The notes below the pieces were generated by a model. The model was not told the DNA's origin, made no database searches, and saw only the letters and a program-made list of their open reading frames with translations. Shown here in pieces: positions 26,807 through 37,672 of a stretch of DNA of 64,000 bases. Both the position numbers and the translations under genes were made by a program. The stretch is from Thermodesulfobacteriota bacterium (lineage in GTDB: Bacteria; Desulfobacterota_D; UBA1144; Nemesobacterales; Nemesobacteraceae): contig OZ251569.1 of assembly GCA_965243595.1 (NCBI GenBank), forward strand, positions 1,877,907 through 1,941,906, in the 5' to 3' direction. Numbering within the stretch: position 1 is the stretch's first letter; the number at the start of each line of letters is the position of its first letter.

Positions 26807-28258
26807 TCAGTCCCTCCTGCATCCCTTGATGGGAAGGGCCCTTCCGAATCTCTTGAGCTTCTTTATGGCCTTTACCTCGATCTGCCTTATTCTCTCGCGC
26901 GTGACGTCGAGCTTCTTTCCTATCTCCTCGAGGGTGTACTCCTTTTCCTCGTCTATCCCGAAACGCATCTTGACCACTCCCTTCTCCCCGTTGCTGAGGT
27001 TGGTGCACAGGGCGCTGCGCATGATCTGCTTAAGCTCCCTGGTTTCGAGCATGTCGAGGGGAGAAGAGGAACTCGGGTCGGAGATGATGTCCATGAGCCT
27101 TCCGTCTTCTTCTCCTATGGGAGCTTCGAGGGAGACGGGGTCGCGGGAGACCTTCATGATCTTGACCACCTTCTTGAGGGGCATGTCCATCTCCTCGGCT
27201 ATCTCCTCCGGTCTCGGCTCCCTTCCGAGTTTCTGCATAAGCGACCTCGACACCTTGTTGAGCCTGTTGATGTTTTCGGTCATGTGAATGGGAATCCTTA
27301 TGAGGCTTCCCTGGTCCGCTATGGCGCGCGTGATGGCCTGCTTTATCCACCAGGTCGCGCAGGTGGAAAACTTGTATCCCATCCCGTGCTCGAACTTTTC
27401 CACCGCCTTCATGAGACCCATGTTGCCCTCCTGGATCAGGTCGAGAAACGGAAGTCCCCTGTTGACGTACTTCTTGGCGATGCTGACGACCAGCCGCAGG
27501 TTGCACTCGACGAGCTTCTTCCTTGCCCTCTTGGTAGCCTTCTTGGCCTTCTCGAACCTGCTCAGCACCCTCTTGAGCGAAGCGATTTCCTCCTCCGAAT
27601 ACACGTGCTCCGAGCCGTCGGCGGCCCGCTCGTCGACGTCGTCCGCTTCGCATTCGCAGCAGGCGTGCCGCATCTTGTCCAGGTGCTCCACGGCGAGATG
27701 GTATATCCTGCTGGCCTGGTTCGAAGTGAAGTCTATTTCGTCGAGAAGCTCCACGGTCCGCTCGTTGTTTTCCCTGATCTTCTTCAGAATTCCCGTCCGT
27801 TCGGCCTTGGACAGGAAGGGGGTCTTGAGCTTCTCCCTGAGCTTCTGGCTCTCGGCGAAAAGCTCCTTTATCGGGTGAAAGTTTTTTTCCGGCGAGGCGT
27901 ACGCACCTTCGTCCCCGCCCGCTTCCCCGCCGCTTTTGATCTCTTCTTCGAGCTTGAGAACCTTCTTCATCATGAAAGGGTTCTCTATTATCATTCTGGC
28001 TATTATCTTCTTGCCTTTCTCGATCTGTCTGGCTATCTCGATTTCCTCTTCCTTGGAAAGGAGAGAGTGCTCGGCAATCGAGAGTATGTAGGAACGGATG
28101 GGGTCCTGGTCGGAATCGCGGCTTCCCGCGCCTTTTCCGTACCGCCCTTCGGACTCGGACCGGGCGACCGGGAAACCCTGCGCGGGGTCGGGAAAGACCT
28201 TTTCGCCTTCCCCCGCCACGTCGTCCCCGAACCCGTCAAGTTTATCGTCGGGGTTCAA
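26807..28258 (-). CDS. rpoD: RNA polymerase primary sigma factor
   Basis: 483 aa. Region 2 [38 protein letters not shown]...[21 protein letters not shown] and region 4 [20 protein letters not shown]. It is the last gene of rpsU-dnaG-rpoD. Confidence 0.9.
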   Translation of the reverse strand: MNPDDKLDGFGDDVAGEGEKVFPDPAQGFPVARSESEGRYGKGAGSRDSDQDPIRSYILSIAEHSLLSKEEEIEIARQIEKGKKIIARMIIENPFMMKKVLKLEEEIKSGGEAGGDEGAYASPEKNFHPIKELFAESQKLREKLKTPFLSKAERTGILKKIRENNERTVELLDEIDFTSNQASRIYHLAVEHLDKMRHACCECEADDVDERAADGSEHVYSEEEIASLKRVLSRFEKAKKATKRARKKLVECNLRLVVSIAKKYVNRGLPFLDLIQEGNMGLMKAVEKFEHGMGYKFSTCATWWIKQAITRAIADQGSLIRIPIHMTENINRLNKVSRSLMQKLGREPRPEEIAEEMDMPLKKVVKIMKVSRDPVSLEAPIGEEDGRLMDIISDPSSSSPLDMLETRELKQIMRSALCTNLSNGEKGVVKMRFGIDEEKEYTLEEIGKKLDVTRERIRQIEVKAIKKLKRFGRALPIKGCRRD

Positions 28259-30060
28259 CTGATATTTCCTCTCATGCTTTTTTCCAGATCTCTGTACTCC
28301 CTGTCCAGATCTCTGTACTCCGTGACAAGCTTCTTTTCCAGTTCTTTGTCCGAAGAATCCCGCTGCTTCTGAATCCTGTCCCTTACATCCCTGAGCCTGA
28401 GGCTCAGATGCCTCAATTCGAGCTTCGTTACACAGTCCCTTAGAATTTTCTCCGAAGTCTTTTCGTCTATCAAATCATCCGAGGAAAAAATCAGGTCGGA
28501 TAGCAATTCCTGTGTATCAACGTTTTCAAAAGAGCTTATCAGCGAGGAAGCATCGTTAAACCCGACTTCGCTTATGCGGTCAAGAATAACCTTTAAATCG
28601 CCGTTCTCAAAATGGTTCCCGATATTTTCGATTTCCGCAACATCGGCGAGCCCGGGAAAACGCAGCAGTATCTTGAGAATCATTCTCTCGACGGCGGCCT
28701 CGCCGGAGGTCCCGGCGGCCGGGGCGAGGGAGCCTCGGTTTTTTCCCGAGCCGGAGGTTTTCACCATGGAAAGCAGCTCGGATTCCCTGATTCCGAAAAC
28801 CCCCGTTATTCTTGAGAGCGCCCTCGCTCTTTCGATCGGGTCCCTTGTCTTCGAAACGAGTTCCGCGAGAGATCTGGTCGCGTCTCGATGAGACATCTTC
28901 TTTTCCTTGTGCTTCGAGAAGGTGTCGTCGATGACAAAGTCGGAAACACTGACGGCTTTTTCCTCAAGCAATTTGGAAAATCCTTCCGCGCCGTGTTTTT
29001 CCACGTAATCGTCGGGGTCGAGACCGTCGGGAATACGGCAGATCTTCGAGGAAACCTCGCGCTCGAGAAGGATTTCTCCCGCCCGCACCGCGGAACTTAT
29101 CCCCGCCGCGTCCCCGTCGTAGACGATCACCACTTCGTCGCAGAAGCGTCGTAAAATAGTCGCATGGTCATTGGTGAAAGCCGTTCCCAGCGTGGCCACC
29201 ACGTTACGTATTCCCTTCGCGTAAAGCTTTATGAAATCCATGTAGCCTTCAACCAAAACGGCCTGTCTTTTTCTCCTGATTTCGTTTCTCGAATTGTGGA
29301 GCCCGTAAAAGACGTTCTTTTTGCTGAAGACGGGAGATTCGGGAGAGTTCATGTACTTGGGATTCTTCCCGTCGTCCTCGTCCAGAGTCCTTCCGCCGAA
29401 GCCCAGAACATGTCCGTCCATTCCGTATATGGGAAACATTATCCTGTTTCGAAACCAGTCGTAATGCCCTTTCGAATCCTTTCTGGCGGCGACGAGTCCC
29501 AGTTTTTCAAGCTCGGAAATCTCCATCTTCTTTTCCCGTGCGAACCTGACGACCGTGTCCCAGCCGTCGGGAGCAAAACCGAGTCCGAATTCCTCCACGG
29601 TTTGCGGGTCGATTCCCCTGGATTCCATGTATTTTCTCGCGGATTCGGAACCCTTTGCCGAGCGAAGACATTTGCGGTAAAGCGAGCAGACAAGCGAATT
29701 TATCTCGAAGAGCCGCTTTCTCCCCGCCGAATCCTCTTCCCTGTTTCCCGCCCGCCGGGACGCGGAAGGAAGCGTGACTCCGGCTCTTTGCGCAAGTTCC
29801 CTCGCGGCATCCATGAAGCCGATGTCGTTGTATTTCATCACGAAACCGAAGATATCTCCTCCGGCCCCGCAACTGAAGCAGTGGAAAAAGCCCCTTTCCT
29901 CGTTCACTTGCATGGAAGGATTGTTGTCGTCGTGGAAGGGACAGAGTCCCGTATAATTTCTTCCGGTCCTTTTCAGGGAGACGTAGCGCTCCACCACGTC
30001 CACTATGCTGAGCCTCGCCTTTATGTCTTCTATCGCGGACTTGAAAGAAGAATTTTTCAT
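28255..30060 (-). CDS. dnaG: DNA primase
   Basis: Zinc-binding [15 protein letters not shown]...[11 protein letters not shown], and [15 protein letters not shown]...VYDGDAAG. Confidence 0.9.
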   Translation of the reverse strand: MKNSSFKSAIEDIKARLSIVDVVERYVSLKRTGRNYTGLCPFHDDNNPSMQVNEERGFFHCFSCGAGGDIFGFVMKYNDIGFMDAARELAQRAGVTLPSASRRAGNREEDSAGRKRLFEINSLVCSLYRKCLRSAKGSESARKYMESRGIDPQTVEEFGLGFAPDGWDTVVRFAREKKMEISELEKLGLVAARKDSKGHYDWFRNRIMFPIYGMDGHVLGFGGRTLDEDDGKNPKYMNSPESPVFSKKNVFYGLHNSRNEIRRKRQAVLVEGYMDFIKLYAKGIRNVVATLGTAFTNDHATILRRFCDEVVIVYDGDAAGISSAVRAGEILLEREVSSKICRIPDGLDPDDYVEKHGAEGFSKLLEEKAVSVSDFVIDDTFSKHKEKKMSHRDATRSLAELVSKTRDPIERARALSRITGVFGIRESELLSMVKTSGSGKNRGSLAPAAGTSGEAAVERMILKILLRFPGLADVAEIENIGNHFENGDLKVILDRISEVGFNDASSLISSFENVDTQELLSDLIFSSDDLIDEKTSEKILRDCVTKLELRHLSLRLRDVRDRIQKQRDSSDKELEKKLVTEYRDLDREYRDLEKSMRGNIS

Positions 30061-30125
30061 CGGAAGCGGTTTTGTCGGCGACCTTCGGAAGGAATTTCCG
30101 GAAAAAACCGCGGAAGGAGGAAACG

Positions 30126-30314
30126 CTACCTTCTTTTTTTGCTTGAAACGCGTTTTTTGGCGGCGAACATCTTCTTTTTCTTCTTTTCGCTCGGCTTCTC
30201 GTAGTACTCCCTTCTTCTCACCTCGGAAAGAACCCCGCCCTTTTCAACCTGCTTCTTGAACCTCTTGAGGGCGCTGTCGATGCTCTCGCTGCTGCCTACT
30301 ATTATTCCCGGCAC
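30126..30314 (-). CDS. rpsU: 30S ribosomal protein S21
   Basis: [48 protein letters not shown], with a GTG start behind GGAGG. Confidence 0.9.
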   Translation of the reverse strand: MPGIIVGSSESIDSALKRFKKQVEKGGVLSEVRRREYYEKPSEKKKKKMFAAKKRVSSKKRR

Positions 30315-30346
30315 GGAATACGAACCTCCAGATTTGCAGAAGACGG

Positions 30347-30375
30347 ATTTTAAAGCACGGGGGGGATATTGTCAA
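30347..30375 (-). promoter_or_regulatory. Promoter of the rpsU-dnaG-rpoD operon, TTGACA-N17-TAAAAT (spacer contains C7)
   Basis: On the minus strand, -35 is at 30375..30370 and -10 at 30352..30347. The spacer is atatcccccccgtgctt. Confidence 0.6.
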
Positions 30376-30395
30376 ACCGCGCGTTTACGAAACGG

Positions 30396-30581
30396 TCAGG
30401 AATCTTCTTTCTTCCGGGGAAATTTCCCGACCATGGAGCGGTTTTTCTCTATCTCTTCCGCTATCCGGGCCGCGTTTAGCTCCTCGCGCTCGCGGTCGTA
30501 CTCCTCTTCGCGGGACCTCTGCTCCTCGAGCCTGCGGGTCCAGGAATCGCGCCTGTTTCTGACCTCGTCTACAAGTCCCAT
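30396..30581 (-). CDS. Small highly charged coiled-coil protein (hypothetical)
   Basis: 61 aa, MGLVDEVRNRRDSWTRRLEEQRSREEEYDREREELNAARIAEEIEKNR. A weak GGAG lies upstream. There is no recognisable family. Confidence 0.3.
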   Translation of the reverse strand: MGLVDEVRNRRDSWTRRLEEQRSREEEYDREREELNAARIAEEIEKNRSMVGKFPRKKEDS

Positions 30582-30621
30582 CGCATCTCCGCCCTCGCGT
30601 CTCTCCCAGTCCCCGCCGCCG

Positions 30622-31587
30622 CTAGTCGATATCGGCCGAGGATATGGTTACGAATTCCACCCTTCCCGCAACTTCCGGCAGGTACTGCGAGAGCGCCTCT
30701 ATGGTCTGCGGATAGGGATGACCGATTCCCACCGCCATTCCGTTCTTCTCGGCTATTTTCACGAGCCGGTCGATCTGTTCCACGGTGTAATCCTTTCCCC
30801 TGTCCGCCTCGTCTATGAAAACGTCCCTCCTGAGAACCTTCACCCCGAGATTCCTCGCGACCCGGTAGCCCACGGAATCGGCGGTGGTGAGACTGTCGAC
30901 GAAGTAAAATCCCCTGGCGCCGATCTCGTCCATCACCACTCCCACGAGCTTTTCGTTTTCCATGAACTTCGAGCCCATGTGGTTGTTGACTCCGACCGCG
31001 CCGGGAACCGCGAGGATGTTTTTCCTGAGTTCCTCCTTCAGCCGGCTTATGGGGTAGCCCACCAGCAGAACCCCCTCTCCCGCGTCGTCCGCCGTGTAGC
31101 CCGAAGAGTACTTGGGCTCCATGGGAAGGTGAAGAATCACGTCCATGCCGTTTTCGCGCGCCTCGCGCGCCGCGTAGCCCGAATGCGGAAGGTAGGGAAG
31201 CACGGCCATGTTGAGCGGAAAGTTCATTTCGACGAGCCTGTCGACCGACTCCCTGTCGTTGCCGAGGTCGTCGATCACGAGAACGACCCTGGGTTTCGGG
31301 CCGGTCTCCACCGCGGCTTCTTCCTCCCGCTGGACATCGTCCGGCGACGCGGCCTCCGGCTGCGGCGGAACTTTCCTCTCCGCCGCGGATTCCGCCTCCG
31401 GCGCGGGCGCCTCCGCGGCGTCCCGCGGCCCGTCGTAAACGAACCTCTCGACGTACCGGAGGCCGAAGACCGAAAAGGCGAAGAAGAAAAGCAGAACGAA
31501 GGCCGCCCGGACGAGCCTGGGAGCGGTTCTTCCCCCGCCCGTCTTTCGCGAAGCCGTCCTTTTTCCCGTCCGTTTCCCGTCGCTCAA
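30622..31587 (-). CDS. Divergent polysaccharide deacetylase family protein (YibQ-like)
   Basis: N-terminal TM helix, then VVLVIDDLGN...MAVLPY...HLPMEP...NNHMGSKF...FVDSLT..., typical of the YibQ family. Confidence 0.75.
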   Translation of the reverse strand: MSDGKRTGKRTASRKTGGGRTAPRLVRAAFVLLFFFAFSVFGLRYVERFVYDGPRDAAEAPAPEAESAAERKVPPQPEAASPDDVQREEEAAVETGPKPRVVLVIDDLGNDRESVDRLVEMNFPLNMAVLPYLPHSGYAAREARENGMDVILHLPMEPKYSSGYTADDAGEGVLLVGYPISRLKEELRKNILAVPGAVGVNNHMGSKFMENEKLVGVVMDEIGARGFYFVDSLTTADSVGYRVARNLGVKVLRRDVFIDEADRGKDYTVEQIDRLVKIAEKNGMAVGIGHPYPQTIEALSQYLPEVAGRVEFVTISSADID

Positions 31588-31602
31588 GCTTCCCGCGCCT
31601 CC

Positions 31603-32736
31603 TCACATGCGCCTTACGACCTCGAGGGCGCTTGCGAGCTGTGGGTCTTCCCCGTCACCCCCGCCGCCCTCGACCACGACGTCCGGCTCTATTCCCCTGT
31701 CGCCTATGGCGTCTCCGCTTGGCGTGAAGAACCTGGCGGTCGTTATCTTCACTCCCGCTCCTCCGCCCAGCTCCATTATGGACTGCACGGAGCCCTTGCC
31801 GAACGTCCTCGTGCCCACCAGCTTCGCCCTTCCGTTCTCCCTAAGCGCCCCGGCGAGCACCTCGGAAGCGCTCGCGCTTCCCCCGTTGACTATCACGGCG
31901 ACCGAAGGCGCGGATATCTCGGTTCCCTTTCTCGCGAAATACTCCCTGGAGGAATGGGGAAACCTTCCCCTGACGTTGAGGATCAGCCCGTCGTCCATGA
32001 ACATGTCGCAGAGCGCCAGGGCCTGTTCGAGCAGTCCCCCGGGGTTGTTGCGAACGTCCACCACGAGTCCCCCGAGCTTCTCGCCGTTTTCCGTCTCGAG
32101 CTTCTCGTAGGAGCTCAGAAACTCGTCGGCCGACCTTCTGTGGAACTGGGAGAGCTTTATGTAGCCCACGTTCTTTTCAACCAGCCGCGACTCGACGCTT
32201 CTGAGCCTGATCATCCGCCTCACTATCGCGAAATCGCGGACGTCCTCCTCGCCATCCCTTCTGACCGAGAGAGTGATCCGGGTGCCCTGCCTGCCCCTTA
32301 TGAGGCCCAGAGCCTCCACGGCGTTGGTCTTGTCCATGTCGCGTCCGTCTATGGAGACGATCACGTCCCCGGGCTTCATGCCGGCTTCCTCGGCGGGACT
32401 TCCCTCGATCGGCGATATGACCGTGAGAAGCCCGTCGCGGACGGTGATCTCTATTCCGACTCCCTCGAATTCCCCCATGGTTCCTATCTCCAGGTTCCTG
32501 AGACTGTCGGGAGACAGGTACGCGGAGTAGGGATCCAGCGAATCGAACATCCCCCTTATCGCGCTTTCCGCAAGCCGCTCGGAGGAGACCTCGTCCACGT
32601 AGTTTTTCTCTATGATGCTCAGCGCCTTGGCGAAATCGGAAAGCCCCCTGTAGGTCTCCTCCCTGGCGAACAGGGAGGATGAGCAGAGGGAAAGGACCGC
32701 GAACGCGCATACGGGGAGAAAACGGAATCTCGTCAT
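31603..32736 (-). CDS. ctpA: Carboxy-terminal processing protease (S41, PDZ-containing)
   Basis: Signal peptide, PDZ (GSPAEEAGMKPGDVIVSIDG), and the catalytic region VIVNGGSASASEVLAGAL...GTRTFGKGSVQ. Confidence 0.85.
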   Translation of the reverse strand: MTRFRFLPVCAFAVLSLCSSSLFAREETYRGLSDFAKALSIIEKNYVDEVSSERLAESAIRGMFDSLDPYSAYLSPDSLRNLEIGTMGEFEGVGIEITVRDGLLTVISPIEGSPAEEAGMKPGDVIVSIDGRDMDKTNAVEALGLIRGRQGTRITLSVRRDGEEDVRDFAIVRRMIRLRSVESRLVEKNVGYIKLSQFHRRSADEFLSSYEKLETENGEKLGGLVVDVRNNPGGLLEQALALCDMFMDDGLILNVRGRFPHSSREYFARKGTEISAPSVAVIVNGGSASASEVLAGALRENGRAKLVGTRTFGKGSVQSIMELGGGAGVKITTARFFTPSGDAIGDRGIEPDVVVEGGGGDGEDPQLASALEVVRRM

Positions 32737-32861
32737 GGGAATCTACGCGCTCTACTCTACCTGAAAGAAACCGTTTTTGGACAGCGCGCGCGGAACCGCT
32801 TATTCTTTCTTGATGAAAGAGGCGGAATAGGATAGCTTTAGGGAAAAGCCGGGGAGCGAAC

Positions 32862-33080
32862 ATGTCCACACTTTTTACCGGAATACTGTCGGGATTCTTC
32901 AAAAGCTACATATTCGACCTCCCGGAAGTGTCGAGGGAGTGGTTCGTGGGAAAGAGAATCCTTTTCCACGCCGCCGCGCTGCTCATATACGCGTTCGCGC
33001 TGATAGTGGCCATGATAGTGTTCGTGACCGTCGCCTTCATCGCCTACCCGGTGTCGCAGGTCTACAAGGTTTTCAGCTGA
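32862..33080 (+). CDS. Small membrane protein, unknown function
   Basis: 72 aa with two hydrophobic helices (AAALLIYAFALIVAMIVFVTVAFIAYPV). A candidate promoter TTGATG-N17-TAGCTT and SD GGGGAG lie upstream. Confidence 0.45.
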   Translation: MSTLFTGILSGFFKSYIFDLPEVSREWFVGKRILFHAAALLIYAFALIVAMIVFVTVAFIAYPVSQVYKVFS

Positions 33081-33121
33081 GACGACGGCTCTCCTCCCGG
33101 GCGGGAAAAGAAACTTCCGCA

Positions 33122-33868
33122 ATGGAAAAAAATTCCGATATTTCCTCCCCCGGCCGTCTTCCGCGGCACGTGGTCGTGATAATGGACGGCAACGGAAGGT
33201 GGGCCAGCCGCAGGAACTTCAGCAGGCTCGTCGGACACAGGGAAGGAATGAAATCCGCGCGGTCGGTGGTGCGGGCGGCCAGGGAGATCGGAATAAGGTA
33301 CATAACCCTCTACGCGTTTTCCGCCCAGAACTGGAACAGGCCGGCGGAGGAGGTCCGCGCTCTCATGGACCTGCTCAGGCATTACCTCGAAAACGAGTGC
33401 GAGAAGCTGCTTTCGGAAAACATAAGGCTAAACGCCATAGGAAGGCTCTCGGACCTTCCGGCCGACGTGAGGGAGCTTCTGGAACGCGTGATGAAAGCCA
33501 CGGAGAAATGCGACTCCATGACCCTCACCCTGGCGCTGAGCTACGGGGGCAGGGAAGAGATAATCGACGCCGTGAACGCGATAGTGGCGCGGGGAGAGAA
33601 ACGGACGGTGACCGAGGAGGATTTCGAGAAGTTTCTCTACACCTCCCGCCTGCCGGAACCCGACCTGCTGGTGAGAACGGGCGGGGAGATGAGACTTTCG
33701 AACTTTCTTCTCTGGCAGCTCGCATACACGGAGATGTACGTCACCAGGACGCTTTGGCCGAACTTCAGGAAAAGACATCTGCTCAAGGCCGTGGCCGCCT
33801 TCCGGGCCAGGGAGAGGAGGTTCGGTCTCACGGGAGAGCAGGTGCGCGGAGAAGGGGAGGAGGATTGA
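33122..33868 (+). CDS. uppS: Undecaprenyl diphosphate synthase
   Basis: Internal ATG 33122. HVVVIMDGNGRWA...YITLYAFSAQNWNRP...LLVRTGGEMRLSNFLLWQ. Confidence 0.9.
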   Translation: MEKNSDISSPGRLPRHVVVIMDGNGRWASRRNFSRLVGHREGMKSARSVVRAAREIGIRYITLYAFSAQNWNRPAEEVRALMDLLRHYLENECEKLLSENIRLNAIGRLSDLPADVRELLERVMKATEKCDSMTLTLALSYGGREEIIDAVNAIVARGEKRTVTEEDFEKFLYTSRLPEPDLLVRTGGEMRLSNFLLWQLAYTEMYVTRTLWPNFRKRHLLKAVAAFRARERRFGLTGEQVRGEGEED

Positions 33869-35022
33869 AGAAGGTTTCCGTGCTGGGGTCGACGGGCTCG
33901 ATCGGGTCCCAGGCGCTCGAGATAATACGCGGGTTCCCGGAAAAATTCGAAGTCGCGGGACTCTGCGCGGGGAAAAACGCGGCCCTCCTGGCGAGGCAGG
34001 TGAGGGAATTTCGCCCCCGGGTGGTGTCGGTTGCCTCGAGAAAGGACGCCGAGGAGATAAGAAAAATCGCCGGGCCCGAAACGCGGGTGCATCACGGGGA
34101 CGAGGGAAACCTCGCGGTGGCCTCCCACGGGGACTGCGACCTGGTCGTGTCGGCCATGGTGGGATTCCGCGGCCTGGAACCCACGCTCGCGGCCGTGCGG
34201 GCGGGAAAGGACGTGGCGCTGGCGAACAAGGAGTCCCTGGTGGTGGCCGGGGAGCTTCTGGTTTCCGAGGCGCGCCGCCGCAAAGCGGCCCTGCTTCCCG
34301 TCGACAGCGAGCACAGCGCCATCTTCCAGACGCTTCGCGAAAGGGACCGCGGATTTCTCAGAAGAATTCTCATAACCGCCTCCGGGGGACCGTTTCGAAC
34401 GACTCCGAAGAGGGACCTCGGGAAAGTCACCGTCTCCCAGGCGCTTCGCCATCCGACCTGGAAAATGGGGAGAAAGATAACCGTAGACTCCGCCACCCTC
34501 ATGAACAAGGGATTCGAGATCATCGAAACGAGGTGGCTTTTCGACGTCCCGCCCGAAAAGATATCGATCTGGGTGCACCCGCAGAGCGTGGTGCATTCCA
34601 TGCTCGAGTTCACCGACGGCTCCTTCGTGACGCACCTTTCGTCTCCGGACATGAAGATACCCATAGGGTACGCGCTCTCTCATCCCGCGCGCCTCGACAT
34701 GGGAAACGGCCCGGCCTCGCCCGCCGACTTCCCCGACATCACGTTCGAGAGGCTGGACACCGGCAAGTTCGAGGCGCCGGAGATGGCGGCCGAGTGCCTG
34801 AGGATGGGCGGCACATACCCCGCGGCGCTCAACGCGGCCAACGAGGTGGCCGTCGAGGCGTTTCTCCGAAAGAGGATAAGGTTCACCGACATAACCCGCG
34901 TCGCGAGGGAGACGCTCGAGCGTCACGAGCCGCTTGACTCGAACCGGCTGGACAATATATTAGAGGCGGACGCGCGGTCCAGGAGCATCGCCGCCTCCCT
35001 GGCGGACGGACGGCCGCTTTAA
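33865..35022 (+). CDS. dxr: 1-deoxy-D-xylulose 5-phosphate reductoisomerase
   Basis: TTG 33865 overlaps the uppS stop and is preceded by a GGGGAGGAGGA-type SD. VSVLGSTGSIGSQAL...LANKESLV...PVDSEHSAIFQ. Confidence 0.9.
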   Translation: MKKVSVLGSTGSIGSQALEIIRGFPEKFEVAGLCAGKNAALLARQVREFRPRVVSVASRKDAEEIRKIAGPETRVHHGDEGNLAVASHGDCDLVVSAMVGFRGLEPTLAAVRAGKDVALANKESLVVAGELLVSEARRRKAALLPVDSEHSAIFQTLRERDRGFLRRILITASGGPFRTTPKRDLGKVTVSQALRHPTWKMGRKITVDSATLMNKGFEIIETRWLFDVPPEKISIWVHPQSVVHSMLEFTDGSFVTHLSSPDMKIPIGYALSHPARLDMGNGPASPADFPDITFERLDTGKFEAPEMAAECLRMGGTYPAALNAANEVAVEAFLRKRIRFTDITRVARETLERHEPLDSNRLDNILEADARSRSIAASLADGRPL

Positions 35023-35024
35023 CC

Positions 35025-36599
35025 ATGGGTACAATCCTAGCCTTTATCTTCGTAATAGGAATTCTCGTGTTCTTCCACGAGCTCGGGCATTTTCTGCTCG
35101 CGAAAAGAAGCGGGGTCAGGGTCGAGAAGTTCTCCCTCGGATTCGGTCCCAGGCTTCTCTCCTTCACCAGGGGAGAGACCGAGTACATGGTCTGCGCCCT
35201 TCCCCTCGGCGGTTACGTGAAGATGTACGGGGAAGGAACGGAGCGAAACGTCATAGTCGAAAACGCGGGAGCGGGAGAATCGGGGCTCCGCCCGGGAGAC
35301 AGGATCACGTGTATAGAGGGGGTGGACATAAGGGAGCACGGGAGCTGGAAGGAAATTCTCGGACGGCTGGAGGGGCGTAGGGAGTTTCGGGTTGAGAGGG
35401 ACGGAGCGATTTTCCGCGCCTTGCTCGACCGCTCCTCGCTCGGAGGGGTGGAAGCCTACTGCGACGGGGAGTACCGGCGGGGTTTTTCGAGCAAGTCCCT
35501 TCTTGACAGGTTCCTGATCGTGGCCGCGGGACCCGCGATGAACTTCGCGATTCCGTTCGTCTTCATGCCTCTCGCGTTCATGTTCGGCATAAGCGTTTCG
35601 GAACACCTCGAGAGTCCCCCGGACGTAACCTACGTGGAGAAGGACTCTCCCGCCCGCGCCGCGGGATTCGCCGAGGGCGACAGGATACTGAGAGTGGACG
35701 GAAAGAAGGTCGGCACGTGGAGAGACGTGGAAATGATCGTCCATTCGAACCCCGATTCGCTGCTCGAGTTCGAGGTTCAAAGCGGCGGGGAGAGAAAAAC
35801 TCTCGCCCTGCGCGGCGAGGTGTCCCCCGAGGGCAGGGTCGAAACGGGCTTCGCCAGGCCCATCGCCCCGGTCGTGGCGGAGGTGTCCGCGGGCCGCCCC
35901 GCGCACAGGGCCGGCATACGTCCCGGCGACAGGATAAGGACCATAGACGGGGCGGCCGTATCGAGCTGGCAGCAGCTCTCCGACACGATAGCCGAAAGCG
36001 GGGGCCGCTCTCTCGACTTCACGGTCTCCAGGGACGGAGAAGACTTAAGCATAAGCGTCGCGGCGGAGATGGACGGGACGCTCGGACGCTACCTGGTGGG
36101 CATCGCCCCCCGCATGGAGACCGCGACCAGGAAGTACGGATTTTTCGAATCGATAGCCAGGGGCGTCGGCGAGGCCGCGCGCATGACGGTCGAGATAACC
36201 GTTCTCTTCTTCGGTTTTCTCTTCAAGCTCGTCACGGGAAACATAACCCTGGCGACCGCGGGGAAAACCGTCGCCGGACCCCTTCTCATAGCCAAGGTGT
36301 CGGGCTCGGCCGCCCAGAGCGGCATATCGAACCTTCTGCAGTTCACCTCGCTAATAAGCGTGAACCTGGCCCTCATAAACCTCCTCCCCATACCGATGCT
36401 CGACGGGGGGCACCTGCTCTACATGGGCATAGAGAAGATAAGGAGAAGGCCCCTCGGAACGAGGACCCTCGAGATAACCCAGCGGATCGGGTTTTCGTTC
36501 CTCGTCTTCGTCATGGCGGTGGCCCTGTACAACGACGTGCTTCGGATGCGGGAAGACATATTCTCGCAGTTCGACAGACTTCTCGATCTTTTCCGATAG
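35025..36599 (+). CDS. rseP: RIP site-2 metalloprotease RseP (PDZ-containing)
   Basis: HELGHFLLAK (HExxH), PDZ segments, and the C-terminal NLLPIPMLDGGH. Confidence 0.9.
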   Translation: MGTILAFIFVIGILVFFHELGHFLLAKRSGVRVEKFSLGFGPRLLSFTRGETEYMVCALPLGGYVKMYGEGTERNVIVENAGAGESGLRPGDRITCIEGVDIREHGSWKEILGRLEGRREFRVERDGAIFRALLDRSSLGGVEAYCDGEYRRGFSSKSLLDRFLIVAAGPAMNFAIPFVFMPLAFMFGISVSEHLESPPDVTYVEKDSPARAAGFAEGDRILRVDGKKVGTWRDVEMIVHSNPDSLLEFEVQSGGERKTLALRGEVSPEGRVETGFARPIAPVVAEVSAGRPAHRAGIRPGDRIRTIDGAAVSSWQQLSDTIAESGGRSLDFTVSRDGEDLSISVAAEMDGTLGRYLVGIAPRMETATRKYGFFESIARGVGEAARMTVEITVLFFGFLFKLVTGNITLATAGKTVAGPLLIAKVSGSAAQSGISNLLQFTSLISVNLALINLLPIPMLDGGHLLYMGIEKIRRRPLGTRTLEITQRIGFSFLVFVMAVALYNDVLRMREDIFSQFDRLLDLFR

Positions 36600-36626
36600 A
36601 ACGCCGCGGGGCGAAAGGAGCGTACG

Positions 36627-37052
36627 ATGGCGCACAAGGACAGCGACGAGATACTCAGGGTGAACGGCCTGTTTTACGAGGCCCTGGGCACGCGGGACCT
36701 CGATCTCATGGACAAGGTCTGGACGAAGGACTCGAGGTCCGGCTGCGTTCACCCGGGATGGACGGCCCTTCGGAACTGGGAAGCGATAAGGCAGAGCTGG
36801 GAGAGCGTCTTCGACCCCCAGGACCAGGTCGACATAAGCATCTCCAACGTGACGGTCGACGTGAGAAACGACGTCGCGTGGGTCACGTGCCTCCAGGAGA
36901 TGATATACATAAAGAGGGAGCCGGTGATGTTCAACCTCTCCCAGTCGACGAACATATTCGAGAAGAAAAGCGGGCGGTGGTCGATGATCTTCCACCACGC
37001 CTCCCCAGTTCCCGTGCAGGGCTACGAGCCGGACAACAAGACCATACAGTAG
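36627..37052 (+). CDS. NTF2/SnoaL-like fold protein
   Basis: 141 aa. ...LFYEALGTRDLDLMDKVWTKD...CVHPGW...W.. pattern of the nuclear transport factor 2 superfamily. Confidence 0.6.
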   Translation: MAHKDSDEILRVNGLFYEALGTRDLDLMDKVWTKDSRSGCVHPGWTALRNWEAIRQSWESVFDPQDQVDISISNVTVDVRNDVAWVTCLQEMIYIKREPVMFNLSQSTNIFEKKSGRWSMIFHHASPVPVQGYEPDNKTIQ

Positions 37053-37141
37053 GAACTCTTCCGCGGGTCCGCCCTCCGGCCTTCTTCCCGGGCGGAAAGC
37101 GGTGCGAATACGGCGCGGCGGGACCGCCGAAGACCGCCCGG

Positions 37142-37672
37142 TCAGTCCGTCTTTTTTCTTTCGAGGTAGGACCGCGCGCCCAGACGCTCGAGCTCCGCGG
37201 CCTTTCTTTCGACTTCCGAAGAAAGCTTCTTCCTGCGTTCGAGCAGCTTTTCCAGGAGCCCGGGGTCGCCCGCGGAGAGAATCTCGACGGCCAGGATTCC
37301 CGCGTTTCTCGCGCCGCCCAGGGCGACCGTGGCCACGGGAACGCCGGCCGGCATCTGCAGTATGGAGAGCACCGAGTCCCACCCGTCGATCGAGTTCGAG
37401 GACCTTATCGGAACCCCTATCACGGGAAGGGGGGAGACGGAGGCCACCATTCCGGGCAGGTGGGCGGCTCCCCCCGCCCCCGCTATTATCACCCTGATTC
37501 CCCTCATGTGGGCGTTCGAGGAGAAGTCGAAAAGCCGTTCGGGGGTCCTGTGCGCCGAGACTATCGTCGTCTCGTAGCCCACGCCGAACTCCTCGAGCGC
37601 CTCGCACGCTCCCGCCATGACCTCGAGGTCGGAATCCGAACCCATGATGACGCTCACCGCGGTAGTCTTCAC
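37142..37672 (-). CDS. purE: N5-carboxyaminoimidazole ribonucleotide mutase
   Basis: [12 protein letters not shown]...VSAHRTPE...[16 protein letters not shown]. Confidence 0.9.
   Translation of the reverse strand: MKTTAVSVIMGSDSDLEVMAGACEALEEFGVGYETTIVSAHRTPERLFDFSSNAHMRGIRVIIAGAGGAAHLPGMVASVSPLPVIGVPIRSSNSIDGWDSVLSILQMPAGVPVATVALGGARNAGILAVEILSAGDPGLLEKLLERRKKLSSEVERKAAELERLGARSYLERKKTD

Noticed and set aside
30353-30369. C7 run in the spacer of the rpsU-dnaG-rpoD promoter as a further phase-variable tract.
   Set aside because: Seven nucleotides is short for efficient slippage, and phase-varying an essential operon is implausible. It is noted only as part of the promoter feature.
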